Virus record (IMG/VR): IMGVR_UViG_651324073_000003
Location: 25,062 to 89,061 of that record
DNA length: 64,000 nucleotides
Source of the DNA: a virus
Lineage: Duplodnaviria; Caudoviricetes
Reading direction: 5' to 3' (one strand)
The notes under the pieces were generated by a model that saw only the letters and a program-made list of their open reading frames with translations, was not told where the DNA came from and ran no database searches. How positions within the stretch are numbered: the stretch's first letter is position 1; each line of letters begins with the position of its first letter. Below, in pieces: positions 1 through 8,761 of the stretch. The position numbers and the translations under genes are program-made.

Positions 1-344
1 GCATCCGGTACCGGCGGCGGCAACGCCACGCGCTGCTCGGCGACCTGGTTGCGGCAGAGCTCGATGAACTCCGGCAGGGTCGGCGGCAGCGACTTCGAGC
101 GGCAGGACTCGAGTGCGCGCCCGATGCGCTCCGGCTGGCCTGCGAATCCGGCGAGCGCCTCCGCCCACGTTGCCTTCGCGTTCAGCAGCCCGCGGTCGAA
201 CTGCCGGCCGCCACGCTGCACCGTCTCGCCGCTGCGCCAGCGGTCGACCCACAGCGAGCCGTACATGCCCTGCATGCGGTCGAAGATCCGCTCAACCCAG
301 GAGTCGGGTAGCGCTGCCGTCGATTGTTCGGCTGTCGTGGTCAT
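1..344 (-). CDS. Replication protein P-like helicase loader (truncated by window edge)
   Basis: Manual translation from ATG 344: MTTTAEQSTAALPDSWVERIFDRMQGMYGSLWVDRW...WAEALAGF...PPTLPEFIELCR; lies directly downstream of the O-like gene. Confidence 0.7.
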   Translation of the reverse strand, partial: MTTTAEQSTAALPDSWVERIFDRMQGMYGSLWVDRWRSGETVQRGGRQFDRGLLNAKATWAEALAGFAGQPERIGRALESCRSKSLPPTLPEFIELCRNQVAEQRVALPPPVPD

Positions 345-1206
345 CGTGCTGTCCTCGTTGCTCCGCGGCACAGGCCTCGCGGAAGTCGGAAAGTCGGGAG
401 CCGGCGGCGATGCGGCGGCTTTCCTCGCGGGTCATGGGGCCGTCTCGGGGCGGGCTGCGGCCGGCTGGAGCGGCGATCACTTCGGGCAGGAAGACGTCGA
501 GGTAGCCGGCGTTGATCGGCCTCGGGTCCGCGGCGTCGTGGCGACGCTGCTGGGCGATTTCCAGCGCCTGCAAGGCCTGCGCGTCGGTGACGCCGCGCTC
601 AGCCCAGCTGCGAACACGGGGATCGCCGGTCTGAAGCGCCGCGCCGCGGTTGCGCAGGAGCAGGACCAGCTGGAGGGCTCGTTCGGTCACAGCGTCAGGC
701 GGCGCAGCAGCAGCAGCGACGGCCTGGCCTGTCTCCGGTTGAGTCTCTGATGCTGCTTGCTGGAGAGAGGTTGTTGACTGGTGTCTGGTGTCTGGTGCTT
801 GGTGAGCTTTCTGCTGGGTTTCGTTTTCTGAACCCGCAGATAACCCACTGGGTTTCTGTTGGGTTTCGCCTTCGTCTGTTTTCTTCACCCGTTTCGGTCG
901 TCCGCCTTTCCGTCCGTTTTCCTTCGCAGCGTTGATCTTGGCCTGCGCCTTCTCGATCTCTTGTTCGATCCGGCGCTTCGTCCAGATGCCGTCGGTCCGC
1001 GTGAAGAACTCCAGCAGAACGGCATCCACCGCAGCCTTCTCTTCCCGCGTGCGAGCGCGCGCCAGCCGGTGCGCCTGATCAGCCGGAATGCCGGCTTCAG
1101 TCGCGTAGTAGCGGTCCATGAGAAGGGTGTAGGCACCGTGCTCGAGCATCGTCAGGTGCGCGGTGTCGCGCACGTAATCGCCGATGTGCCGTTCGTAGTA
1201 GTTCAA
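292..1206 (-). CDS. Phage replication initiator, YdaU/DUF1376 family
   Basis: N-terminus (M)NYYERHIGDYVRDTAHLTMLEHGAYTLLMDRYYATE; TTG start at 1206 overlaps upstream stop (TTGA). Confidence 0.85.
   Translation of the reverse strand: MNYYERHIGDYVRDTAHLTMLEHGAYTLLMDRYYATEAGIPADQAHRLARARTREEKAAVDAVLLEFFTRTDGIWTKRRIEQEIEKAQAKINAAKENGRKGGRPKRVKKTDEGETQQKPSGLSAGSENETQQKAHQAPDTRHQSTTSLQQAASETQPETGQAVAAAAAPPDAVTERALQLVLLLRNRGAALQTGDPRVRSWAERGVTDAQALQALEIAQQRRHDAADPRPINAGYLDVFLPEVIAAPAGRSPPRDGPMTREESRRIAAGSRLSDFREACAAEQRGQHDDHDSRTIDGSATRLLG
775..905. repeat. Putative replication origin iterons inside the initiator gene
   Basis: TGGGTTTC at 815, 849, 860; palindrome AACCCA-C-TGGGTT at 842-854; CTGGTGT tandem at 777-796; lambda-type position. 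Confidence 0.5.
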
Positions 1207-1778
1207 GCGGCCACCCCATGCTTCTGTGCTTCGTCGCGGCGGTGGTAGGCCTCCCACATGCGCAGGTTCGCCAGCCGTGCGATGTCAATGGCCTGCGATG
1301 GCGTCAGGCGCGTGGCGTCCTTGTTCGGCGTGGCGCGGCGGATGCATTCCACGATGACGTGTGGCCGGTGGTGGAGGTCGGTGTAGTCCTTTCCGTAGCT
1401 CAGCAGCAGCACGCCGCTGGCCTTGCTCGGCAGGCAGTCCAGCAGATCCGGCTTCCAGATGTCGGCCGGCATGGCGTAGTAGTGCTTCCAGACCTTCGGC
1501 GGGTGCTGGCGGGCGGTAGTCGTTACCTCTTGCCGGCGTTGCCCCGGTATCCATGCGCCGTACTGTCGGTGCCACCACTTGTCCTTCTTGGCGTCCGCCT
1601 TCAGGTCGGCACGGCTGATCTTCACCTCGACATCGATGATGCGCAGGTCGGTGGTGACGCCCAGAACGTCGCACTCGTGACCGGTCCAGCCGCAGTTGTC
1701 GACCAGCACGACGCACTTTCGCGCCAGCGTCTGCAGCGCGATGGCGCGGGCGATGGAGTGTTCAGACCACTGGCTCAC
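1203..1778 (-). CDS. Putative PD-(D/E)xK nuclease-fold protein (MmcB-like)
   Basis: ECDVLGV...IIDVEVKISRADLKAD..KDKW motif. Confidence 0.6.
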   Translation of the reverse strand: MSQWSEHSIARAIALQTLARKCVVLVDNCGWTGHECDVLGVTTDLRIIDVEVKISRADLKADAKKDKWWHRQYGAWIPGQRRQEVTTTARQHPPKVWKHYYAMPADIWKPDLLDCLPSKASGVLLLSYGKDYTDLHHRPHVIVECIRRATPNKDATRLTPSQAIDIARLANLRMWEAYHRRDEAQKHGVAA

Positions 1779-1933
1779 GCGAACATCTCCATCTGAACCG
1801 GCTCAGGCCACAGCCACGATTCGCCGGCGCGCAGGCGGCGCTCGATATCGCGACGAACCTGCTCGCGGTCTGCGCGCGGCCACTGCCGCATGTGGGCCGC
1901 AAGGTGCATGCGCAGCTGGTAGGCGAGGTTCAT
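1775..1933 (-). CDS. Small hypothetical protein (52 aa)
   Basis: MNLAYQLRMHLAAH...QMEMFA; ATGA/GTGA-type overlaps with both neighbours. Confidence 0.55.
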   Translation of the reverse strand: MNLAYQLRMHLAAHMRQWPRADREQVRRDIERRLRAGESWLWPEPVQMEMFA

Positions 1934-3645
1934 GCGCGCACCGCCGTCAGGATCACCACCGACACGCTGGTGCCGGCGAACTCGTTGTCGTAGGTGCGCG
2001 ACCACTCGCACGACCAGCCGGGCAGCACGTCCTTTTCCTTGGCGCTGGCCGGCAGGATGGCGACGAGTCGGCCGTCCTTGGAGAGCATGGCCGCAGCGTG
2101 CTCGAGGTGCGCCTGCCACCGGCCTTCGCTGAACGGCGGGTTCATGACGATCCGATCGACCCGCAGAGAGGTGGCCATCGTGAGGAAGTCGCCGCAGGTC
2201 ACCGAGAAGCCCTTGGCCTCGAGCACCTTGCAGTGCAGCGCGCTGATCTCGACGCACAGCGTCCGATCCTTCGGCATCCGGTCGGCCAGGCCGCCGGTGC
2301 CAGCGCTGGGCTCGAGGCAGGCGTGATCCGGGCCGATCTGCGCGGCCTCGATCGCAGCCGCGGCGACGTTCTCAGGCGTGGGATAGAACTGATGCGCCTT
2401 CTGATCTGGCAGGCAGCCGGATGCGACCACCTCGGACACCGCATCGCGGGCGTCGTAGTCGAAGGCGTAGTAGTGCCCGTTCCGGCCGTTCGGCGTCTTC
2501 ACGCCGCCCAGGTAGGCCATGACGCGGTCGATGTCGGCTTGCAGGGCCTTGTCGTCCACGCGGCCGTACTTCAGCTGCAGCCCGTGGCTGATCTTCGTGC
2601 GCAGGTATTCCTGACGCCACGCCTGCGGGCCGGTGTTCTTCTCCAGCAGGTAGGCTTCCTCCATTCCGCCCAGCGCTTCGACGACGCGGAACGGCAGCGG
2701 CCGCCCCATCATCACGAAGTCCTTGGTCTTCTTCTTCGGGCGCTGGCGGAACTGGGCGGGAATCGCGAGCGGGTAGAGATGCGCCAGCACGCAGTTCAGG
2801 CGCCACGCCATGTCCGGGTGCACCTCGAGGTGCGCGGTACCGCACTTGTAGGCGCGCAGACGCAGCGCACCGCCATCCAGCGTCAGCCACTCGCCGCGGT
2901 GCTGCCGGCGCGCAATGTCGACCACGCTGGATGTAGCGTTCCAGCCCGGCTCGTCGCGCCCCATGAACTTCGCGATCACCTTGCGCAGGTCATTGATGTA
3001 ACCGACGCGGTCGCTGTCCGTGTTGCCGTAGCCGTTGATCAGCCGCGCGATGATCATGCGCCGGCCGAATCCCTCCGGGCAGTTGGTCACGTGCTCACCG
3101 GACAGCGCTCGGAAGATGCCGTCCACGCGCTCGGCCAGGAACTTTGCGCGGCTGTTCAGCAGGTCCAGCAGCGTCGCGCGGACGGTCTGTTCCTCGAAGT
3201 CAGGGAGCGGCGGAAGATCCTTGTCGCTGCTGTGCCGAGCGGCCTTTCGGCCCTGCGGATAGCGAATCTGTTCGTTCCACTGGTTTCGGCGTTCCTGCGG
3301 CATGGCGTCGTAGACGTCAGTCAGGTTCAGCGCCTTCGACCAGTAGGCCGCGTTCAGCGCCGCGACGGCGCCGGCCTGCTCGAACAGCTGGGTAGCTGCC
3401 GATGACAGCGACGTGCGCCCGCGGTCTGGGTCGGAATTGCCGTCCAGGAAGTAGTTCAGGACGCCGGCGCACTCCGGGCCGTTGATGAAGGCGGCAGCCG
3501 CCTCGATCCGCGCGCGGTCCTGCCGGTAGCCGGCCACCAGCCCGTCGACCATGTCGGTCGAGGTCGGCGCGAAAAAGGCCGAGACATCGTCTATCAGGTC
3601 GCCGTCGCGCGCGGCCGCGATCACATCATGGTCAGCGTGGCTCAC
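1930..3645 (-). CDS. DUF4942-domain SAM-dependent DNA (N6-adenine-type) methyltransferase
   Basis: HQFYPTP, CLEPSAGTGG (motif I), IVMNPPF (motif IV); long N-terminal region typical of DUF4942 proteins; GTG start 3645. Confidence 0.8.
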   Translation of the reverse strand: MSHADHDVIAAARDGDLIDDVSAFFAPTSTDMVDGLVAGYRQDRARIEAAAAFINGPECAGVLNYFLDGNSDPDRGRTSLSSAATQLFEQAGAVAALNAAYWSKALNLTDVYDAMPQERRNQWNEQIRYPQGRKAARHSSDKDLPPLPDFEEQTVRATLLDLLNSRAKFLAERVDGIFRALSGEHVTNCPEGFGRRMIIARLINGYGNTDSDRVGYINDLRKVIAKFMGRDEPGWNATSSVVDIARRQHRGEWLTLDGGALRLRAYKCGTAHLEVHPDMAWRLNCVLAHLYPLAIPAQFRQRPKKKTKDFVMMGRPLPFRVVEALGGMEEAYLLEKNTGPQAWRQEYLRTKISHGLQLKYGRVDDKALQADIDRVMAYLGGVKTPNGRNGHYYAFDYDARDAVSEVVASGCLPDQKAHQFYPTPENVAAAAIEAAQIGPDHACLEPSAGTGGLADRMPKDRTLCVEISALHCKVLEAKGFSVTCGDFLTMATSLRVDRIVMNPPFSEGRWQAHLEHAAAMLSKDGRLVAILPASAKEKDVLPGWSCEWSRTYDNEFAGTSVSVVILTAVRA

Positions 3646-3770
3646 CCGAACACCCTCCAGCACACAAACGCCAGAGCCGCGACGGGGATGCCGACGGTGC
3701 CGATCACGAGACCCACCATCGAGCCTGCGTCCATGAAGGCCTGGAGGTAGCGACGCAGGAACTGGCTCAT
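3642..3770 (-). CDS. Small membrane peptide (42 aa)
   Basis: MSQFLRRYLQAFMDAGSMVGLVIGTVGIPVAALAFVCWRVFG; coupled overlaps at both ends. Confidence 0.5.
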   Translation of the reverse strand: MSQFLRRYLQAFMDAGSMVGLVIGTVGIPVAALAFVCWRVFG

Positions 3771-4123
3771 GCCGCATTCCTTTCCGCGATCACCTGCTCC
3801 ATCACGGTGGTGTGCCCGATCTTGGCCAGGTACTGCGTAACGCCGCGCCAGCCCGTGAAGGCTTCGAAGCTCGGGGCCAGGTCGGGCGGCAGATCCATCG
3901 GCGCCTTCGTGTGCGGATTCAGCATGCGGCTGACGTGCGGGCGGTGCGCACCGGACGAGCGGGCGAACATCGACTGGTCACCGATCTCGTCGCGGCTGTT
4001 CCGCCGGCGGTTCTGCCAGCACCAGACCACCGCGTCACGGTAGGTCTGCCAACCTGTAACGATGGAATCGGCCACCCATCTGGATTTCGGCAAGGCGTCG
4101 AGGAACGGCATTTCACGTTGCAT
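3767..4123 (-). CDS. CII-like transcriptional regulator
   Basis: Position between cro and replication genes; HTH-like QSMFARSSGAHRPHVSRMLN. Confidence 0.6.
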   Translation of the reverse strand: MQREMPFLDALPKSRWVADSIVTGWQTYRDAVVWCWQNRRRNSRDEIGDQSMFARSSGAHRPHVSRMLNPHTKAPMDLPPDLAPSFEAFTGWRGVTQYLAKIGHTTVMEQVIAERNAA

Positions 4124-4390
4124 GGCTGCCACCATCAGCGGAATTGATGCAACGCGCCCTGATTACAGGTTGCGTTACAGGTTGGAAGCTGCCGAAAATT
4201 TTTTCGACGGCGGGGAAGAGAAAGACCCCTGCCCGCTCCACAGAAACCGGCCGACACGGACCAAATCTCAACAGGCAGGGGTTGAAGGCCACGCCGGGAG
4301 GAGGTCGGTGTGGTGTTGGCTGAAGGGCGGTTTCCCGCGATGCCGATAGAATGGAAGTTCCACCAACCACCGAATGACAAAGGGGAAACC

Positions 4391-4657
4391 ATGGAAGCAG
4401 GTACCGCAGGAGACGACGAGAAGGCGTCGTCCGCAGGGATAGCGTTCGCCATGCAGACGGCGTTGAGAGCGTTACTCAAAGCGCACCCCCAAATAGACGA
4501 GCTATTGCCCGTGCTGAAGCGCGAAGGCGAAGAATCACTCTCGCTCCTGCTGCACATGGGCGTTCCGGATCGCTCGATCGAAGCGTTTCGGGATGCGTGG
4601 AACGGACTGGTTCCATACGTAGATGACGGGCCAGCCGGAACAGACCCTCGGCTTTAG
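4391..4657 (+). CDS. Hypothetical protein antisense to the cro-cII operon
   Basis: SD AGGGG then ATG 4391; helical protein-like composition. Confidence 0.5.
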   Translation: MEAGTAGDDEKASSAGIAFAMQTALRALLKAHPQIDELLPVLKREGEESLSLLLHMGVPDRSIEAFRDAWNGLVPYVDDGPAGTDPRL

Positions 4658-4681
4658 ATGGCCACTGGATGGACGGCTTCA

Positions 4682-4903
4682 TCAGGCGACGGCCTGGTCG
4701 GTGCCGGACGCGCCCTTCTCGGCGGTGCCGCGGAGGTCATCGAGAAGCCGAGCAAGCGCAAGCGCGTCATCCGCGGCAGTCGGGACTTCCCCGTTCTCCC
4801 ATCGGGATATGCGCGGCTGAGGCACCTTCACGCGGCTGGCGATCTCGGTCTGGCTCAGGCCGAACTCTTGCCGCAGGGCGGCGATGATCTGTTGGGTATC
4901 CAT
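4682..4903 (-). CDS. cro: Cro-like HTH repressor
   Basis: 73 aa, GLSQTEIASRVKVPQPRISRWENG HTH, divergent from cI. Confidence 0.85.
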   Translation of the reverse strand: MDTQQIIAALRQEFGLSQTEIASRVKVPQPRISRWENGEVPTAADDALALARLLDDLRGTAEKGASGTDQAVA

Positions 4904-4911
4904 GAACCAAA

Positions 4912-4954
4912 ACTATACGATCACGCATAGCTTTGTCAATGCGCTATCGCATTA
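4912..4954. promoter_or_regulatory. OR operators and PR promoter
   Basis: 18-bp dyads CTATACG-ATCA-CGCATAG (4913-4930) and CAATGCG-CTAT-CGCATTA (4937-4954); minus-strand TTGACA-16-TATAGT. Confidence 0.75.
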
Positions 4955-4975
4955 TGCATTCGCGAATACTTGGGG

Positions 4976-5675
4976 AATGAAACTGATCGAGAATCTGGCG
5001 GCGCTGATGGAGCGCAGCGGCGATAACCCCTACTCCTTGGCGCGCAAGGTGAAGGCGCGGTACGGCACCAGCCCGACCCAGCCGACGCTTGCGCGAATCC
5101 TCGATGGCACATCCAGAGAACCGCGCCGGTCAAGCCTGCAACCAGTCGCCGATTACTATGGCGTCTCGGTCGATGCTCTGTTTGACGACGACCTGACCAG
5201 AAGGGGCGAAGGCGCGCCGGTTTCCACCACATCAAGGGGAGACTCCCTATCGATCCCGGTCACTGATGCGTGGGGCTCTATGGGGCTGGGAGCCCCGCAG
5301 CCTGAGCATGAGGCGATCGTCTCCGGGGTGACAGTCAGCATGGACTGGGTGCGGCACTCTCTTCCGCGCATCAGCCATCCCTCGCGGCTGGCTGTGCTCA
5401 CTGCCTTCGGACGGAGCATGGAGCCGACCTTGGAGGACGGCGACACCATGCTGGTGGATCGCGGGGTCAGCGAGATTCGCGAGGATGGCATCTTCGTGAT
5501 CGCGTTGGATGACGAGCTCTACGTGAAGCGCGTCCAGCGCCGGCTGCCCGACAAGGCGATCATCATCAAGTCCGACAACCCGCACTACGAACCGATGGTG
5601 GTCGAGAACGGGGACCGCAACAAGTTGGAGATCCTCGGCCGCGTGGTCTGGGTCTGGAAAGGGATCAAGCTCTGA
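4976..5675 (+). CDS. cI: CI repressor (HTH plus S24 autopeptidase)
   Basis: N-terminal HTH; GSMG cleavage region, GRSMEP serine motif, YVKRV lysine motif. Confidence 0.92.
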
Positions 5676-6136
5676 TGGCGATCATCAAGTGCAAGGAGTG
5701 CGGAGGTCAGGTCAGCACCAAGGCCGAATCATGCCCGGCGTGCGGGGCCACGCAGAAGAAGCCGATGGGCTGCCTTGGGTGGTCGCTGTTCTTGCTGGTG
5801 ATCCTTCCAGTCGGCCTGATCATCGTGGCCGCCTTTTCTGGAAGCGGCGAGCAATCTCGTCCGGCAAACGACGGCAAGCCGACCGCAGCTCAATACAAGT
5901 ACGGCGCACGGGAGTTCGTGAAGGGGGTCTTGAAAGACCCCGCATCGGCAGAGTTCCGGAACGAGTTCGTGGGCAGCAGCGGCGTTCCCTGCGGCGAAGT
6001 GAATGCCAAGAACAGTTTTGGCGGATACACGGGATTCAAACGATTCGTTTCCGCCGGACGGGAAGCGACATTCATCGAGTCGCGGAGCACAGCAGATGGG
6101 TTCGATAAGGTCTGGAATCAGTTCTGCCGGCGCTAG
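5675..6136 (+). CDS. Zinc-ribbon membrane-anchored protein
   Basis: CKEC..CPAC N-terminus, one TM helix, periplasmic-type CGEVNAKNSFGGYTGFKRF domain; TGATG coupling to cI. Confidence 0.75.
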   Translation: MAIIKCKECGGQVSTKAESCPACGATQKKPMGCLGWSLFLLVILPVGLIIVAAFSGSGEQSRPANDGKPTAAQYKYGAREFVKGVLKDPASAEFRNEFVGSSGVPCGEVNAKNSFGGYTGFKRFVSAGREATFIESRSTADGFDKVWNQFCRR

Positions 6137-6728
6137 GCTGGCCGTCGCAGTCGCCTTGGCGTCTGCAGGCTGCGCGGCGCCGCGCACCATGACCCAGGCC
6201 GAGTGGGAGTCATCGCTGGTGCGTGACTTCTCAGGCGTGAGCCGAGATCAGGTTCTGGCGGCCGCGCGCCGCGTCTTCGAACTGGCCGATCCTGCTGACT
6301 TCCGGATCGTTCCAACCGAAGACGGCATTCTGGCCACACGAAAGTGGTCGTGGTTTCTCCTGATCGCCGCAACGCAGGGAACGGACACCTGGAATCTCAC
6401 GGCCAAGGACATCGGCGGCGTCGTTCGCGCAAGAGTGCATGTTTCGGTGCTGACGTCGGACACCAACGCGGCAGTGATCGGAGCTGCTGCCATCCCGGTT
6501 ACCAGCACAACTCAGACGCCTACCGTCGACGGCACCGCCATCTACGACGTGTTTTGGGCGCGTGTCGAATACCTCCTCGGACAGAGGGACGACTGGATGT
6601 CCTGCGTGGAATCGAATGCCCGGCAGAAGAGCCGGCTGGTTTGGGGCTTCAACGAGCCGCTGTGTGACAGTCTGACAACCGTGGATGCACCAGCGCCGGA
6701 CAGAATACTGGGCTTGGAGCATCGATGA
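6096..6728 (+). CDS. Putative lipoprotein
   Basis: Signal-like LAVAVALASAG-C followed by a beta-rich domain; overlaps upstream gene. Confidence 0.65.
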   Translation: MGSIRSGISSAGARLAVAVALASAGCAAPRTMTQAEWESSLVRDFSGVSRDQVLAAARRVFELADPADFRIVPTEDGILATRKWSWFLLIAATQGTDTWNLTAKDIGGVVRARVHVSVLTSDTNAAVIGAAAIPVTSTTQTPTVDGTAIYDVFWARVEYLLGQRDDWMSCVESNARQKSRLVWGFNEPLCDSLTTVDAPAPDRILGLEHR

Positions 6729-6958
6729 GCAACCCTTGGGAGGATCTGGATGAGGCGGAAGTGCGGCGCCGGCGGATCATTGGAGAAACGATTGATCGCG
6801 TAGTGGGCGCCGTCGGCCTTACCTCCCTTCTTCTGCTGCTGCCGATTTACTTCGTATCGCCGGTTTTTGCCGAACACTTCTTTTGGACGATGACAGCGGC
6901 GATATTCGGTATCGGCCTGTTAAAGCCGGTCTTAATCCGAGACGGAAGCATCGAGTGA
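6725..6958 (+). CDS. Small two-TM membrane protein
   Basis: Two hydrophobic segments; ATGA overlap. Confidence 0.65.
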   Translation: MSNPWEDLDEAEVRRRRIIGETIDRVVGAVGLTSLLLLLPIYFVSPVFAEHFFWTMTAAIFGIGLLKPVLIRDGSIE

Positions 6959-7380
6959 GCGCAGCGGTAGTGCTCTCCCTCGTCGTCGCCATCTCCGACG
7001 GGGACACGCTCACGGTGCGCCCCGACGACGGCGAGCAGCTGCGGGTGCGCGTGGCGGAGATCGACGCACCGGAGAGCCGGCAGCCGTTTGGCGCGGCGGC
7101 GAAGCGCTCGCTGTCGGACCTGTGCTTCCGCGAGCGCGCTGAGATCCGGCCGCAGAAGACGGACCGGTACGGCCGCACCGTCGCCCGGGTGACCTGCCGA
7201 GGGCAGGACGCCAGCGCGCACCAGGTGCGGACCGGGATGGCGTGGGTGTTCGATCGGTATGTGACGGACCACGCGCTGTATCGGCTACAGGATGAGGCGA
7301 AGGCCGCCGGCCGGGGCCTGTGGTCTGAGCCGGCTCCGGTGGCGCCGTGGGAGTGGCGCCAAGCATCACGCCATCGCTGA
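6955..7380 (+). CDS. Thermonuclease (SNase-like) family protein
   Basis: DGDTL, RVAEIDAPE, DRYGRTVA, GMAWVF, AKAAGRGLWS, PWEWR motifs; GTG start. Confidence 0.9.
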   Translation: MSAAVVLSLVVAISDGDTLTVRPDDGEQLRVRVAEIDAPESRQPFGAAAKRSLSDLCFRERAEIRPQKTDRYGRTVARVTCRGQDASAHQVRTGMAWVFDRYVTDHALYRLQDEAKAAGRGLWSEPAPVAPWEWRQASRHR

Positions 7381-7479
7381 AGGTGCCGCTACATCTTTCT
7401 TGGTCGGATGGGAGCAATCGCGATCGAGCGTGACCAAATCAACCTACCAAGCCCATGAGTCCTTCGCTAGAATTCCTTC

Positions 7480-8208
7480 ATGGTCACGTATGTTCTTCGC
7501 ATCAAGGGCTTTACGCCGGATACCCTGCCGCTAAGTCGGCTGGGGCAGTATCTATCGGCCCTATCGGACTTGGTCGGTCCGGATGCCCCGGTACACTTCG
7601 ACCGGGTCACGAAGGGCAGCGCCAAGCTTAAGGTGAAAATTTCGGAGGATGCCGCTCCGAACATTGAATCTCGGGTTCGACTTGCGTCAGTCGCAGAGCC
7701 GAACAGCGAACCTCGGCGGGCATACGAGAAGATTCAAGGCTTGCTTCGAGAGGATCAGACCAGCGCTGAGTTCCGCCCAGATAACGGTGCCGTCATCTTG
7801 GCTTTCCCAGGGGGTAAGAAAGCCCCACCGAAACGCATCGCGTCTGTGCGTGAGTACGGAGAACTCAACGGCCGCATCATACGTCTCGGGGGAAAGGACG
7901 ACACGATCCCTGTCGGGTTGCAGCAGTCCGACGGAACGGTGATCAATTGCACAGCGACGGTCGAACTGGCACGGCAATTGAAGCAGTACTTGTTGGAGCC
8001 GGTCGACGTTGTACTCAACGGAGTGGGTCGCTGGACAAGAACCGCTGAGGGGCTATGGGAGGCCTCAGATTTCAAGATATCTGAATGCTATCCATTGCAG
8101 TACGACGGATTCGACGAGGCTCTCGAAAAGGTGCGCATGAGTGGGTCTGGCTGGGACACAGAACAAGACATCGACGCAGTGCTCCACCGCATTCGCTACG
8201 GGGACTGA
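7480..8208 (+). CDS. Hypothetical protein, putative partner/antitoxin of the downstream PIN protein
   Basis: 242 aa ORF abutting the PIN gene; AT-richer than flanks. Confidence 0.7.
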   Translation: MVTYVLRIKGFTPDTLPLSRLGQYLSALSDLVGPDAPVHFDRVTKGSAKLKVKISEDAAPNIESRVRLASVAEPNSEPRRAYEKIQGLLREDQTSAEFRPDNGAVILAFPGGKKAPPKRIASVREYGELNGRIIRLGGKDDTIPVGLQQSDGTVINCTATVELARQLKQYLLEPVDVVLNGVGRWTRTAEGLWEASDFKISECYPLQYDGFDEALEKVRMSGSGWDTEQDIDAVLHRIRYGD

Positions 8209-8703
8209 ATGCCGACCGTTATTGACGCAAACGTCCTGATTGCGCTTTTCACGAAGGACCGCGAAGACAAGCGGGACGCTCGTATCCGAGGGCTAATTAA
8301 AGATACTCGTTCGTCACGAGGGCGACTGATCATCCCGAGCCCTGCGCTTGCGGAATTTTCAGTTGGCGCCACCGATGCAGAACTCGACTTCTTGAATTCG
8401 CAGTCGATATTCAAGATCGCCCCATTTGATGCCGTCACCGCATTGGAGTGCGGTTTTTTGATTCGCGATGTATTCGCGAAAGATGGCAAAAAGAACCGGC
8501 AGAAGATCAAGTTCGACTTGCAGATCCTCGCAATTGCGAAAGCGCAAGGTGCGCAGCGCCTTGTCACTAACGATGAGCAGCTCCGCAAGCGCGCCATCCA
8601 GTTTGGCATCCAAGGCGTCGATCTGTCAGACCTCCCGATTCCCGACGACGAACGGCAGATGCCGCTTGCGCTGAAGGATGCGCACGAAACCAGAGAAGAC
8701 TGA
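8209..8703 (+). CDS. PIN-domain (VapC-like) ribonuclease
   Basis: VIDANVLI, ALAEF, KFDLQILAIA, LVTNDEQL acidic tetrad. Confidence 0.85.
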   Translation: MPTVIDANVLIALFTKDREDKRDARIRGLIKDTRSSRGRLIIPSPALAEFSVGATDAELDFLNSQSIFKIAPFDAVTALECGFLIRDVFAKDGKKNRQKIKFDLQILAIAKAQGAQRLVTNDEQLRKRAIQFGIQGVDLSDLPIPDDERQMPLALKDAHETRED

Positions 8704-8726
8704 GAAGGAATAGAAACTCACCAATC

Positions 8727-8750
8727 AGCCCGCCCCGCGCGGGCTTTTTC
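8727..8750 (+). terminator. Intrinsic terminator
   Basis: AGCCCGC-CCCGC-GCGGGCT followed by T-tract. Confidence 0.75.
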
Positions 8751-8761
8751 TTGCCCGCCCG

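Noticed and set aside
4113-4370. 85-aa minus-strand ORF between cro and cII
   Set aside because: No motif and no convincing SD; insufficient support to call a gene.
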